Assembly: GCA_951406725.2 (NCBI GenBank)
Contig: OX597827.1
Span: forward strand, 19,654,001-19,718,000
DNA length: 64,000 bases
Origin: Octopus vulgaris
Lineage: Eukaryota
Direction: 5' to 3'
Part shown: piece by piece, positions 26,416 through 39,720 of the stretch
Layout of the letters: each line of letters opens with the position of its first letter
How positions within the stretch are numbered: position 1 is the stretch's first letter
Notes under the pieces: model-generated
Told to the model about the DNA's origin: nothing
Databases searched by the model: none
What the model saw: the letters and a program-made list of their open reading frames with translations, nothing else
Program-made: the position numbers and the translations under genes

Positions 26416-26638
26416 TTTCATTTATTTGCCACAAGGGCGAAGGCTAATGCAAATGTAGGATATATATCCAGAAAAAAATGTGAGGAAAGCCACAGGCAAA
26501 GTAAATGACATTTTAAGCTTGATTAAAACAAAAACATCAGCGAAACAAACCAGCTAATCATAGCTGCTTCAAATGTGGCTAACACAGGAGGCCACAAGCG
26601 GAAAACTGAAGATCTAAAAGGAAATGAAGCAAACGATA

Positions 26639-26800
26639 GGCGCAGGAGTGGCTGTGTGGTAAGTAGCTTGCTAACCAACCACATGGTTCCGGGTTCTGTC
26701 CCACTGCGTGGCACCTTGGGCAAGTGTCTTCTGCTATAGCCCCGGGCCGACCAATACCTTGTGAGTGAATTTGGTAGACGGAAACTGAAAGAAGCCTGTC

Positions 26801-26859
<59 letters not shown>

Positions 26860-27072
26860 TGTGTGTGTATGTGTTTGTCCCCCTAGCATTGCCTGACAAC
26901 CGATGCTGGTGTGTTTACGTCCCCGTCACTTAGCGGTTCGGCAAAAGAGACCGATAGAATAAGTACTGGGCTTACAAAGAAAAAGTCCCGGGGATCGATT
27001 TGCTCGACTAAAGGCGGTGCTCCAGCATGGCCGCAGTCAAATGACTGAAACAAGTAAAAGAGTAAAAGAGTA
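26639..27072 (+). mobile_element. SINE family A, full length
   Basis: complete head, microsatellite and (GTAAAAGA)n tail; short AAACGA flanking duplication. Confidence 0.92.
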
Positions 27073-27463
27073 AACGAACCAAACTGGAGGAAGAGAATAC
27101 GAATGAAACTGGAAAAGATACGGAAAGTGTGTGTGTGTGTGTGTGTGTGTGGAGGAGTAATTGAATATGTTAATGAGAGGAGAGCTTACGAATAAGGTAG
27201 CAATCAGAAAACTGAATGGACAGTATAGATTAGAAAAAAAAGGGGGGGGAATGAACAGTACATGAAGAATTGATACAAAAGGAGACAGCATTAAAGGCCA
27301 AATTGAAAAGCTATGATGCTAGATGCAAACGATTCGAACAGAATAGACTGTTCCAATCAAACAGAAGGTGTTTTTTTTTTTGAAGAAATAGAGGGCAGCA
27401 ACACCAGGAACTGATTTCTGCAACTGACAGAATACCAGTTAATTTCAAAGACGTTCAAAGTTC

Positions 27464-27894
27464 GGATCTTTTCGGTTTGAACGGTAGTTTTTTCTAGTGG
27501 TTTCATATGAAATTGTCACCCATAATTATGACCCTAGTATCGATCTATTGCATTTCAATCTGTTTTAGGGTTAGTTAGGGTTGGTTAGGGTTGGAGGTGG
27601 GGGGAAGGGTATCTTTTTTTCTTCACAAATGTAAATAAACCCAATCTGTTTCTTAAACGAAGGACATATTCATACGGCACAGAATGTTTTTTTACCTCAA
27701 TGGACGTTATTGATTGGTTGAAATTGCAGAAATTGAAGAAAAAAACAACAAATATCTTACAAACTATGGTATTTTCTCAATAAAGCCAAGAGAAAAAGAT
27801 GTTTTATAAACACATTCTACCAGTATACGAAGTTTAAAATTTTTTAGTTACCTGGAAATTATGTTAAAAACTGCCGTTCAAACCGAAAAGATCC
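27464..27894 (-). mobile_element. MITE family M
   Basis: TIRs; 8-bp TSD CAAAGTTC; paralogous empty site at 28319-28326. Confidence 0.95.
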
Positions 27895-28048
27895 CAAAGT
27901 TCTAATCGGCTTAAAAGTAGGATCCTATGACTTCAATGTAATGTAGCGATCCAACCAGATCTTAAAAGCCTCATGGACGTCCTCCAAAGTGTAAAGTTTC
28001 CAGAATTTTGATGATTTTTCTGAAGAGATATTTATTGATTTGAAAGAA

Positions 28049-28295
28049 GGCGCGTGGCTTAGCGGTTAAGGTATTCAGCTCACGATCGTTGTGCCTTTAT
28101 TCCACGTTGTTCCAGTCCACTCAGCTGGCAGAAATGAGTCGTACCTGTATTTCAAAGGACCAGCCTTGTCACATGTCACACTGAATCTCCCTGGGAACTA
28201 CGGTAAGGGTACTCGTGTCTTGCACGTTAATTTCCCGACCAGACTGCTTCGTTGATTTGATCAACCAGAACACACATCGTCCTAACCGACTTGAG
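28049..28295 (+). mobile_element. Old tRNA-derived SINE
   Basis: GGCGCGTGGCTTAGCGGTTAAGG head; central TCCAGTCCACTCAGCTG shared with 19150-19428. Confidence 0.65.
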
Positions 28296-28299
28296 TGTC

Positions 28300-28960
28300 A
28301 GTTAATTTCAAAGAAGTTCAAAGTTCTAATCTGCTTCAAAGCAGGATCCTCTGACTTCAATGTATTTCCTGTAGTGCTCCGGCTACGTCGTGAAGGCCCC
28401 ATGGAAGTCCTCCAAAGTGTAAAGTCTCCAGGTCCCTTGTAATACAGTCTCCTTCATCTTCTCGATGTCTTCAAAACGAAGGCCCTTGAGATTTTCCCTC
28501 AAGCTTGGAAAAAAAACCCCAAATAGTTGGTTACCAGGATGGAATTGTGGATTGGAGCATCGTTCTGGTGCAGGTACCACCAACCCAAGTGTCAGTGCCC
28601 TTGCGTTTTTGCGACGAAATCTCTTTTTTAACTCCCTCAAAACCTACATAAAGCACGCTTTGTCGAACGCCTGGCCAGAGGGAATCCAGTGAATGTAGAT
28701 GATGCCATTGCTGTCGAAAAAGGGGCTCATCATGCGCTTTCCGGTGGACTTGCTTTGCCTGGCCTTGATAGTTTCGCGGGAATCGAGGTGCTTGGAATTC
28801 TGTCTCATGGCCTGTGGATCATGACAGTAAATCCAGTTTCCCTTGGCTTTCTCCAACGCATCTTTCTGTTTGTCACAGGGTTCCATGGCAACCAATTTTG
28901 CACACATTTTGCGCATGTCCATATCTTCGTAAGTCTAAGAACAGTTGAGGTTAACACTTT
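28300..28960 (-). pseudogene. Mariner transposase remnant
   Basis: MRKMCAKLV, WIYCHDP..RQ, KARQSKSTGK.MM..FFDSNGII, L.G.RFEDIE motifs; frameshifts. Confidence 0.8.
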
Positions 28961-29096
28961 TACTTTTACATCGCCTCTGTCGGTTGTTAGCTCGTGAAAC
29001 GGCTTGACCGTTTGCCTCTCAGTCTGACTGCTCTTCAGCCTGTCAGCCTGCTTCCCTGTCTGCTTGTTTGCCACCCCCTCTCTGTAGACACACACA

Positions 29097-29285
29097 CACA
29101 AGGTTCATTCCAGAAGTTTTGAGTCTCTTTTCCAGGAGGGACATTTAATAATTGCAAAGAAATTTCAGCCATTTCACAAAGCTCTAATTTCTTGCGATGA
29201 AAAATCCTCCTACTTCAATGCATTCGTTGTAGTACTCTAGCTAGTTCGTGAAAGCCCCACGGAAGGTCTCCAAAGTGAAGGTGTT
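29097..29285 (-). mobile_element. Second mariner 3' end with probable TIR
   Basis: homologous to 28340-28430; terminal AGGTTCATTCCAGAAGTTTTGAG resembles a mariner TIR. Confidence 0.5.
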
Positions 29286-29289
29286 CGGG

Positions 29290-30080
29290 GGACCCTCCTT
29301 GGAGGTGAGATCTGCATCAGCTTTCATTTCGTGTCGCTCTTTGAGTTCATTAGCTACCCTAGTTATTTTGTTTATTTCGAGCTCGCGAACTATTCAAAGC
29401 CTATTATTGCTGATTTGAAGGATTGTTCGAGCTGTATCAAACCTCTTCCACCTATTTTTCTTGGGAGATAAATCCTGTCTACATCCTTTTAAGGATTTTA
29501 CAGATCTTTCCAACCATATTCTGCATGTCAGTGAGACTCCACTTAATGATACCGAAGCTGTATGTGGTTACTGGTATGTCCAACGAATTGATCGCATTAA
29601 TTCTGTTAGCAGCATTTAACTCTTGAGTTTAGGGCCATTCTTATCCTTCGGTAGCATTCCTTGTGGATTTTCTCTTTTATTTTTAGAGTGCTGGATACAA
29701 TCACCTTCATTGGTTCCCAGATATTTGTATAGGCATAGGTTTCGAACAGCTGTGGTAGTATCAAGTTCTATGTTTTCTACCTTAATGAACTTCCCTGCCT
29801 TGAAAGTAGCCTTCGCACATTTATCAACCCCGAATTCCATACCAGAGTTCCATACCATTCCATATCAGAGCTGAATTCTTTGGCAATATTTAGGGGCTCT
29901 TCTAATTCTTTGTCGTTTTGAGTAAACAGTTTTAGATCATCCATATAGAGTAGAGGATTACTTTTCTGGTGAAAGATCTTATACCCTCTCTTAGCATTAT
30001 TCAGTTGCGTGGATAATGGGAACAGAGCGAGGCAGAATAGAAATGGTGATAATGAGTCACCTTGAAAGATACCACAGGCT
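29290..30080 (-). pseudogene. R4/Dong-clade reverse transcriptase remnant
   Basis: CGIFQGDSLSPFLFCLAL, LYMDDLKLF, GMEFGVDKCAK, YKYLG motifs on the minus strand. Confidence 0.85.
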
Positions 30081-30282
30081 GGCCGGTAACGAATGTTTCT
30101 GCAATATATGGATAGTTTATCCTGTTCATGTTATTTTATTAGCATTATCATGCGTTTGAGAATGAATTATTTCTGTATCTTTATATATATGTGTGTATAT
30201 ATGGGTGCAGGACGTTACCAAGAGTAAACAACAGGAAGTACGAAAACAAATGAGTTAAATAGGCAAATAACGAAATATATGC

Positions 30283-30328
<46 letters not shown>

Positions 30329-30409
30329 GTAGAGAGAGAGAGAGGTAGAGAGAGAGTGAAATACAGATAAATCAGAAAGATATATATATATATATATATA
30401 TATACATAC

Positions 30410-30442
<33 letters not shown>

Positions 30443-31037
30443 CAGAGAGACAGAGAGACAGAGAAAGAAATACAGATAATCAGAAAGATATATATATATA
30501 TATATATATTCATACACATGAACAGACATGCTTATATCTATCTACGTATGTGTGTGTATATGTTGATATATACATATATATGTGTGTGTGTGTGCCTGTG
30601 AGTGTTTACATAGATGGGTTTATGTACACCCCCTCTACATATATACACATCCACACCCATGAATACAGGTATATGCGCCTACGCACGCAAAATATTTCGA
30701 CATTATGATGCATGATTTTTTTGTTTAACAATCTAAACGTGTCGTCGTGGTATACGACCCCCCCCCCCCCCAGCTCTTTACTCACTCTACCCCCACCACC
30801 ACCACCACCCTCACCAATCTGCCATCCATCAAGGGCCATATCAAAATACAGCTGTTCCACACTTGATTTGTTCGGCAACACTTGGCGGCTCCGGTGAACA
30901 GAATCATCTCCGATTACAACAAATACAATAATCCTAGACTTGAAATGAAATAATTACTTTCCATCTGTCCAGCCAAGCATTGCTCTGTACTTACAGACAC
31001 ATACAGAAATATACACGAAAGCATACATATATATGTA

Positions 31038-31092
<55 letters not shown>

Positions 31093-31325
31093 TATCTTTC
31101 ATCTTTTCTCCTATACTTGTTTCAGTCATTAGACTGCGGCCCTACTGGGGCATCACCTTGAAGAATTTTTGCCAAACGCATCGACCCCAGTGGTTTTCTT
31201 TTTAAGCCTGGTACTGATTCCATTGGACCCTCTCTCTCTCTCTCTCTCATTCTCACCTTCTCTTTCATTCTCTCATTCTCACCCTCTCTCTCACTCTTTC
31301 TATATATATATGATATATATATATA

Positions 31326-31364
<39 letters not shown>

Positions 31365-31379
31365 TCTAATACTGTCATA

Positions 31380-32838
31380 CTTTGATAGGTTTCGGCCAGT
31401 ATTGGCCCAGACCATGTCTAACTTAATAGCACCACCTGGCGAAGTCATTCAAATCAGGAATCGGACAGAATGGCCCACTCGAGTAGAGAGTTATTGTTTA
31501 CGGAGACATATCCGGATGTAGGAGGCTTATCATGGATTATTTGAAGGAATTTATCCAAAGGCTTCTTGAACTTTATGGATTAGTGTTAGGGTTAGGGTCT
31601 GTTTCTGCATAAATGTGTTTTAGTGTAATGTTAAAGCGAGCAGGACCCATTGAGGTGAAATAATTGTGCTGTATTGTTGTTATGTGATGCGAGTATGATT
31701 TATGTTGCAAGTGGATAACACGTCTCGGGTGTATCTTAAAGGTGATGCCAACAAAATTTGGGCAATGCTGATGGAATATTTTCCACATCATGTAGATGAT
31801 GTAACGCGCGCGGCGGCGTTGGAGAGAATAAAGCTTGAGCTTTTCTAGCCGACCCCAATAGTCAAAGCCTGCCATACCATATATCTTTTTTGTAATTGAC
31901 CTTTGAGATGTGGGGAGACCACAGTAGACAACAATATTCAAGGTGTGGTCGAGTAAAAATGCAGAAGAGAAGGATAATGGTGTGGGGATCTCTCGACTGG
32001 AAAGTTCTGAGAATCCAGGAACACATTCTGCGAGCCATGTCAACTTTGCTGCTTATATGAGCGGCCCAGCTTATGTTGCTGTCCACAATTACTCCCAAAT
32101 CTCTGATGTTGGAAGCCATAAGAGTTTCACCTGAAAGAAAGGAGTATGGGAGTTTCAGGGTATCACCTTTTCCGAAGTGGATTAACTCAAATTTGTCCTC
32201 GTTCAGTAGCATATTATTCTTTTCCGCCCATTGGATGGCAGCCAGTAGATCTGTCTGAAGCCATGCCCGGTCACCCACTTCATTGATGATTTTCTGGATC
32301 TTGGAATCATCTCCAAAGATTCTTATGTCGCTGTACTTGATAATGTCAGTAATGTCATTGATGTAGATGATAAAAAGAAGTGGACCCAACACAGTGCCTT
32401 TTGGAACACCACTACTGACTTTAACTGGGCTTGATCTTATTCCTTCGACTACAACGTGTTGGTACTTCAGGAAAGACCTGATTCATTGTAGTAACTTTCA
32501 GAGACACTAATGTTGGATAGTTTTTTTCAAGAGAATCTGATGATCAACCCTGTCAAAGGCCTTGCTGAAACCAAGGTAGATGACATCGGTGTTGGAACCC
32601 TCTCACAAAGCTCTCAAAATGTCATCAAAGTGATGCAGGAGCTGCGTTGGGCAGTTCCTTTCTTTACGGAACCCATGTTGGGGCTCAGCAGTCTGTTGCT
32701 TTCAAGAAAGTGGGTTATTTGCGATCTCACCACCCTCTCAAATAACTTGAGGATATGAGAGGTGAGTGAGATCGGACAGCAGTTCACTGCAAGGAACTTG
32801 TTTCCCTTTTTGAAAACCAAGAAAACAGACTGGAACAA
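31380..32838 (-). pseudogene. CR1-clade LINE ORF2 (RT) remnant, 5' truncated
   Basis: PISLTS..K.FER, GVPKGTVLGPLLFIIYINDI, FGDDSK, RDLGV, RPHLEYC, LYSLQRRR motifs; frameshifted. Confidence 0.9.
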
Positions 32839-33169
32839 GAAAATTCGGAAAGTTTATCTATTCGAGTATATTCTACACCATGACTATATGGTGTAAATAA
32901 AAACATATTTACTAAGAGAAAAGTAGGCTATTAAAATAGATTATCTTTTACATAGCTTTTGAAAATCATCTTGTTGCTCTAATGAAATTCTTTTACAGAC
33001 ATGATATGCACAAACTGATAAAGAGACAAACCCTCAGCATAATCGATATACTTTTATAGTGTGAGAGAGCGTGGTAAAAATATATATAGAGAGGGGGAAA
33101 GTTCATCATGAGAAAAGTAAAAAAATGAGAGAGAGAGAGAGATCTTTTCGTTACTCTCTCTCTCTATTA

Positions 33170-33563
33170 CTCTTTCACTTGTTTCAGTCATTTGACTGTG
33201 GCCATGCTGGAGCACTGCCTTTAGTCGAGAAAATCGACCCCAGGACTTATTCTTTGTAAGCCTAGTACTTATTCTATCGGTCACTAATGCCGAACCGCTA
33301 AGTTACGGGGAAGTAAACACAACAGCATCGGTTGTCAAGCGATGTTGTGTGTGTGTGTGGGGGGGGAGACAAACACAGACACACAAACATATACACACAC
33401 ATATACACACATAATATATACATATATATGACGGGCTTCTTTCATTTCCGTCTACCAAATCCACTCACAAGGCTTTGGTCGGCCCGAGGCTATAGTAGAA
33501 GACACTTGCCCAAGGTGCCACGCAGTGGGAGTGAACCCGGAACCATGTGGTTCGTAAGCAAGC
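33170..33563 (-). mobile_element. SINE family A
   Basis: homology to family A. Confidence 0.9.
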
Positions 33564-33921
33564 TGTCACTGATTTTGAAATGTTAAAACTAAGCGAAAAT
33601 TTTCAAACTCAGTATAAATATGTTGTTCGGTATATTGATGTAGTTTTTCACGCTGAATCTGACTTTGGGATTCATGTATTCTAGAAAAATTGTAGAAAAA
33701 TATTACAGAGCTTTAAAGTTTGATCATTTTTACCCAAGCAAAAAGCTGGATGTGCATAATAGCTGTATTTCATGAAATGAAAATAAACTTATGAAGACAA
33801 AATTTTAAACAAAATGAAGGCAGTGTGTGAGAGATAATGCTCCCTGAACTTTCTACCACCCACTCTTACCCTGGCTACAATCACTTTTCCTCTTAATTAC
33901 GTCACCTAGGTTTAAAAATGG

Positions 33922-34348
33922 GGATCTTTTCGGTTTGAACGGCAGTTTTTAACATAATTTCTAGGTAACTAAAAAATTTTAAACTTCGTATACTGGTAGA
34001 ATGTGTTTATAAAACATCTTTTTCTCTTGGCTTTATTGAGAAAATTCTATTGTTTGTAAGATATTTGTTGATTTTTTTTCTTCAATTTCTGCAATTTCAA
34101 CCAATCAATGATGTCTATTGAGGTGAAAACATTCTGTGCCGTATGAATATGTCACTCGTTTAAGAAACAGATTGGGTTTATTTACATTTGTGAAGAAAAG
34201 AAGATACTCTTCCGCCCACCCCTAACCCTAACCAACCCTAACCCTAAAAGAAATTGAAATGCAATAGATCGATACTAGGGTCATATTTATGGGTGACAAT
34301 TTCATATGACACCGCTAGAAAAAACTGCCTTTCAAACCGAAAAGATCC
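33922..34348 (+). mobile_element. MITE family M
   Basis: TIRs; TSD AAAAATGG/AAAAATAG (7/8). Confidence 0.93.
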
Positions 34349-35204
34349 AAAAATAGCTATCAACTACTTTCAGTGGAACCACCAAGGCGTTAAAAAAAAA
34401 ACGTTTTCTGGTGTGTTCATAGTAGCTATTGCTCCAATCCATTTATCACATATAAAGCTTTCTTTCAGGTACACCATATGAAGTTTATATCTACACCGTC
34501 TATGCGCAGCGAGCAAGGGCATTTCCCTGAAGATACTTGGATCCTGTCTTCTTTCCTACTAACTAAAAACCTTCGTCTTTGCTTGGGTTACCTGAAAACT
34601 TCTCAATTCCAGGTTTAATTTCTGTGCCAGTAATTTCATCTTTAATCACCCAATAGATTTAGCCGTGAAACTTAGATCATCAACGTAGAGGAGTTCCCAT
34701 GGGCAACCAGTCTTAAACTCACCGGGGAAAGCCTTCAGGACCATAACGAACAGGAAACGACTGAGGACTTTTACTCTCATGCTAAATTTCTTATTGAAAT
34801 CATTGTCGACTTTTCCCTTACTTAATGCACTTTTTACAGATAAACTTCCAGTTTTTCACACGCGCGCACACATACACACCCACACCACACCACACAAACA
34901 CACACACTACACAGATACCCATCACACACACACACATACACAAATAAATCTGTTGTCCTACATACACTTATTCCTATGCGTATTTGGGCATAAAAACATA
35001 CACATATACACACGCGTGTATATATCAATATCTATATATATTGGAAGGTTTGGAGATGATGTACAGGTATTTTATATTAGAAGAAATGAGGCACTCAGAA
35101 ATTCGGATGGTTTTATATTTACAGATATTTATTTGCATATTACATGTTTTTATACATATATTAGCGCTTTCTCGCATTCTAGTGGGGTTTTCGAATCGAA
35201 CTAA

Positions 35205-35327
<123 letters not shown>

Positions 35328-35846
35328 AACACCCCATGTAAACATTCTGAAACTTATATCTATGCTAAACAATTCACATCTATAAGTAGGTCAATAGACT
35401 CCCCCCCCCCATCCTCACACACCCAGCGTATAATTAAACTGAAAGCAACAAATTTTCCAAAAAGATTTCCAACAACTGCATGTAAAATACAAATAAAGAA
35501 AACTGAAATCTTTCGAAATGTTATCAATGAACATTTTTTGCCAGACAAAATGTAGCATTTTCATCTTAATTCTGCGGCTTAAATACGAAAATGTCGGCGC
35601 TTATCGTCCGGCCATCTGTTGTCTCTCTCACAGATCTGCTGAAAACGACAGCTTGGAGGTATCCCAGCTTGACTTGACTTGAATCCAACGTATATGCCTA
35701 AGCACACACACACAATGACAGCGTCATAGACAGGCGTGTGTACGGAGCAATGTCTGGTGCCACAATTGCTGAATGGCAGTTTCTGAGAATTCCTAACTTA
35801 GATCCTATAAATGAAATTATAACTTCATGTGATTAACAATGATGTA

Positions 35847-36060
35847 GGAGAGGGGCTTTCTCTGTCCGGGTGGCGGATCCGTGGAATAAGCTGCCGGACG
35901 AGATAGTGAAGATGCCGACGACCTCTCGGTTCAAAGTCTCTCTTGACCAGAAATGGCCTGAACTCTTTGTATGACCACCCTCCCTGTACATAACTCCCTG
36001 TCTCCCTACATGGCCTTATTTTTGCTTTTTGAGCCAATAAAAATTGAATTGAATTGAATT
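35847..36060 (+). mobile_element. CR1-type LINE 3' end with (TTGAA)n tail
   Basis: RGAFSVRVADPWNKLPDEIV..FKVSLD; highly similar inverted copy at 40487-40725. Confidence 0.8.
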
Positions 36061-36349
36061 ACTGTTGTTTAGCTAAAGTCATCCTTATCGAGTAGACGTA
36101 TGACAAAGACGTTCCGTTCGTGACCATTCCGGAGATCTCGGCTACACATTATATAAAGCGTCACTCTGGAGACAATCAAATGGCACCTGAAATAGATTTG
36201 GCTGCTATTTCTAACAGATGGAGCGAGTACGCACGTATTACATAATAGCATCGTTGACTGTTGTGATGTGTTGTCGACATGATGTAATTTTGTGTGTTAT
36301 CTGCTGTCACACATTATGATGTGATGTGGGATAGTATAAAACGATATGA

Positions 36350-36600
36350 CTGACTGACTTGACTTGACAGCATTCACCCGGGGTGGGTTGAACTGGCTTC
36401 ATTCATCCTCAATGCTGCATCTCTCACAAACGCCGACCAGGCCTGGCGATTTGAAGCTAACGACCGCGTGATCTCCAACCACGCCTTATTCCAGTGGCGA
36501 ATGCCGTATATATGGGGGGCCTAGGTTGGGTTCCAGATCAGCCTTGACTGTCATCAGCCAGGTTTTTCATTGTCCACCACATCGCTTTCGCCAACCCTGA
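36350..36600 (-). mobile_element. RTE-clade LINE 3' end
   Basis: GWRKRCGGQ*KTWLMTVKADL..W..LASNRQAW; short tandem-repeat tail. Confidence 0.65.
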
Positions 36601-36787
36601 AGGGGAACTGGGGCAATTGATATGACGAGTTGCTGGGTCACGTGATACGCTTTAATCTGATATGAAGTGCGATGTGATGGGGCATCGTATGATATGCTTT
36701 AGTGTGCTATATTCGATTTACTGTGTGATGTATAATGCTTTTCTCTGATATGACCATCTTGTGTGTTATTCGCTGTCACGTGAACTT

Positions 36788-36925
36788 ATCATCATCGCCG
36801 TCCCTCAAGATCGAGCGTGTTGGTCTTTGGTTTTTTCGTAGATATTGATGGATTTTGAGGTGATCGATGAGTCCAAGTCTTGCTCAGAAGTTCCTTCCAT
36901 AAGCAGAACAGGTGGTTCCGGATGG
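36788..36925 (-). mobile_element. RTE (BovB-like) 3' end
   Basis: degenerate GRNF.ARLGLIDHLKIH motif; (GAT)n tail. Confidence 0.55.
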
Positions 36926-37389
36926 AAGGTTCCTTCTTGGTTGTTCTTGCATATTTTTTCTGCGACTCCTTTTTTTTACTTTCTTCTTGTTTGGCAGTCC
37001 CTCGGGCCCTCAGAAGTTGTTTAGTTCAATCTCTGATCAAGGATCATCAGTGTCCTTAATCACCAGCATATCTCTCCCAATTCTCGGTGCCACTATTACA
37101 TTTCTTGAATTGCAATTCTGCTGAAAGACAATAAATCGTATCGTTTATAAAGATTGTCTCTGTAATATTCTTTCCATGATTAAGGTGGAGAGCTGGCAGA
37201 ATCGTTATTACGCTGTAGCAAAGAGCCATTTTAAAATAACGCGCCAATTGGTGGTAGCTGGCAATATGACGTAATGTCGTATTGCTGAAGAAACATTATT
37301 ATCGTTTTTCCATTGGTTAATATAACTGCTCATATAGAGATTAGAAAAGTTACTTAAAGAATATATGTATGTGATTTCGATTCTTTTAA

Positions 37390-37609
37390 CCCTTTCATTA
37401 CCAACCCGGCTGAAACTGGCTCTGGCTCAGAGTACAAATATCTTGTTTTCATAAGCTCTGAATTAAAATCTTCCACCAAACCTTAGTCACAATTTATGTT
37501 CCTAACACTAGCTGAATGAAAGCTAAGTTATTTTACTAAATTCTTTGTTATATTTAAAGTAATTGAAAGAAACACAGAGCATCTCAAAATATATACAGTA
37601 ACGAAAGGG
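37390..37609. mobile_element. piggyBac-like MITE
   Basis: TTAA on both sides; TIR CCCTTTCATTAC/GTAACGAAAGGG (1 mismatch). Confidence 0.85.
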
Positions 37610-38142
37610 TTAAGTCAAGTTGAGCAGTTATAAAGACCCTGGATTTTTGGAAAAACTTCAGTGTTTGCTGGATGTAACTCAACTCCACGACACTCACTCC
37701 TTTGAGACATTGGTGATTTTCATACCATGTCCAAAGAAAATCGAACAACGCCAAGAAAAATATGTAGCAGCATTACGTAGGTGCTCACGCTCTGGAATTG
37801 CATTCTGCCGATGCCAACTTCGCCTTCTTTTCGGTGTTGATAAAATAAATACCAGTTGAACATTGGGACCGATGTAATCGACTTAACACCCTCCCTCGAA
37901 ACTGTTGGTCTTGCGTCAAAATTTGAAACCAATATTATTTTTGTGATTGAGTGTCGGATCCGCTGTGATTCGTTATTTATTTCAATGAATTACATATCTA
38001 CAAGAAACGCATATTACTATCTAACCAGGTTAAGAGAAAACAGTTCGTACCTCACTAGCAATACCTGTACAGCCTTAGATCTCTGGATATACAAAAAGTA
38101 ATTGGAGGTCACGGTGGTGGTGGTGGTAATGGTGTTGGTGGT

Positions 38143-38374
38143 GGCGGCGAACTGGCAGAATCGTTAGCACACCGGGCAAAATGCTTAGCAGTATTTCGTC
38201 TGCCGTTACGTTCTGAGTTCAAATTCTGCCGAGGTTGACTTTGCCTTTCATCCTTTCGGGGTCGATAAATTAAGTACTAGTTACGCACTGGATTCGATAT
38301 AATCGACTTAATCCCTTTGTCTGTCCTTGTTTGTCTCCTCTATGTTTAGCCCCTTGTGAGTAGTAAAGAAATAG
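38143..38374 (+). mobile_element. SINE family B, full length, in (GGT)n
   Basis: complete head and tail. Confidence 0.92.
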
Positions 38375-38674
38375 GTGGTGGTGGTGGTGGTGGTGTCTGT
38401 GGTGATGTTGATGGTAGGTAGCATTCAAAATATATAATTTAGATACCGCTCGTGTCTGAAAGAAAAGTCAATATGACGAAAATTCTGTCCTCGAAATGTA
38501 TAAACACGCAAAAAGTTTGATTTTGACAGAGTTTGTTAATTGTTTCTGGCAGGGAGTTCCTTCTTACATAGTAACGGATGAAACTGAGGAACATAAACTT
38601 TCCTACTCAGTTACTAAACTGGGCTTAGCATATTGGAAAAGCCAAGAAATTTTAATCAATTATGATCAGAATAG

Positions 38675-39140
38675 GGGTAGGAGTGGCTGTGTGGTAAGTA
38701 GCTTGCTTACCGACCACATGGTTCCGGGTTCAGTCCCACTGCGTGGCACCTTGGGCAAGTGTCTTCTACTATAGCCTCGGGCCGACCAAAGCCTTGTGAG
38801 TGGATTTGGTAGACGGAAACTGAAAGAAGCCCGTTGTATATATATATGTATGTGTGTGTGTGTGTGTGTTGCTTCTCCCCCTCCAACATCGCTTGACAAC
38901 CGATGCTGGTGTGTTTACGTCCCCGTCACTTAGCGGTTCGGTAAAAGAGCCCGATAGAATAAGTACTCGGCTTACAAAGAATAAGTTCTGGGGTCGATTT
39001 GCTCGACTAAAGGCGGTGCTCCAGCATGGCCGCAGTCAAATGACTGAAACAAGTAAAAGAGATAGTAAAAGAAAAGGAGAGAATACTCATCAAGGCGGTG
39101 CTGCATCATGGCCGCAGTCGGATGACTGAAACAAATAAAA
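38675..39140 (+). mobile_element. SINE family A, full length plus extra 3' tail copy
   Basis: second tail GGCGGTGCTGCATCATGGCCGCAGTC at 39094-39140. Confidence 0.9.
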
Positions 39141-39407
39141 GATGTACAATTATAAATCGTTATGGAAATGAACTAATTTTGGGGAAGGGAAAAATAAATG
39201 AATTGGAGATGTCACCTAAATCTGAAGTGAAATTAGGTATGGCATAGATTGAGCAGTCGATCTCAAGCAGTTCAGTAACTATTCCGGATATGCTGACTAC
39301 TCTATTGAATTTCGGCACGCACTCACACGCACGCGCACACACACACACGCACACGCACGCACACGCACGCACACACACACACACAAACACATACATACAC
39401 AAAACAC

Positions 39408-39445
<38 letters not shown>

Positions 39446-39633
39446 GCACAAACGCACGCACACACGCATACACACACACACACACACAAACACACACAAA
39501 CACACACACATACACACACACACGCAAACACACACACAAACGCACGCACACGCACACATACACACAAAAACACACACACACACTCAAACACACATACACA
39601 CACAAACATACATACACGCAAACACACACGCAA

Positions 39634-39673
<40 letters not shown>

Positions 39674-39687
39674 GCAAACACACACAC

Positions 39688-39720
<33 letters not shown>

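Noticed and set aside
27030-27062. SINE A tail AGTC-AAAT-GACT-GAAAC-AA-GTA resembles a hammerhead 3' half
   Set aside because: No CUGAnGA core or stem I upstream; explained as the LINE-derived 3' stem-loop
31573-31600. TTAGGGTTAGGG within the CR1 remnant as a telomere healing site
   Set aside because: Only two units; too short to support
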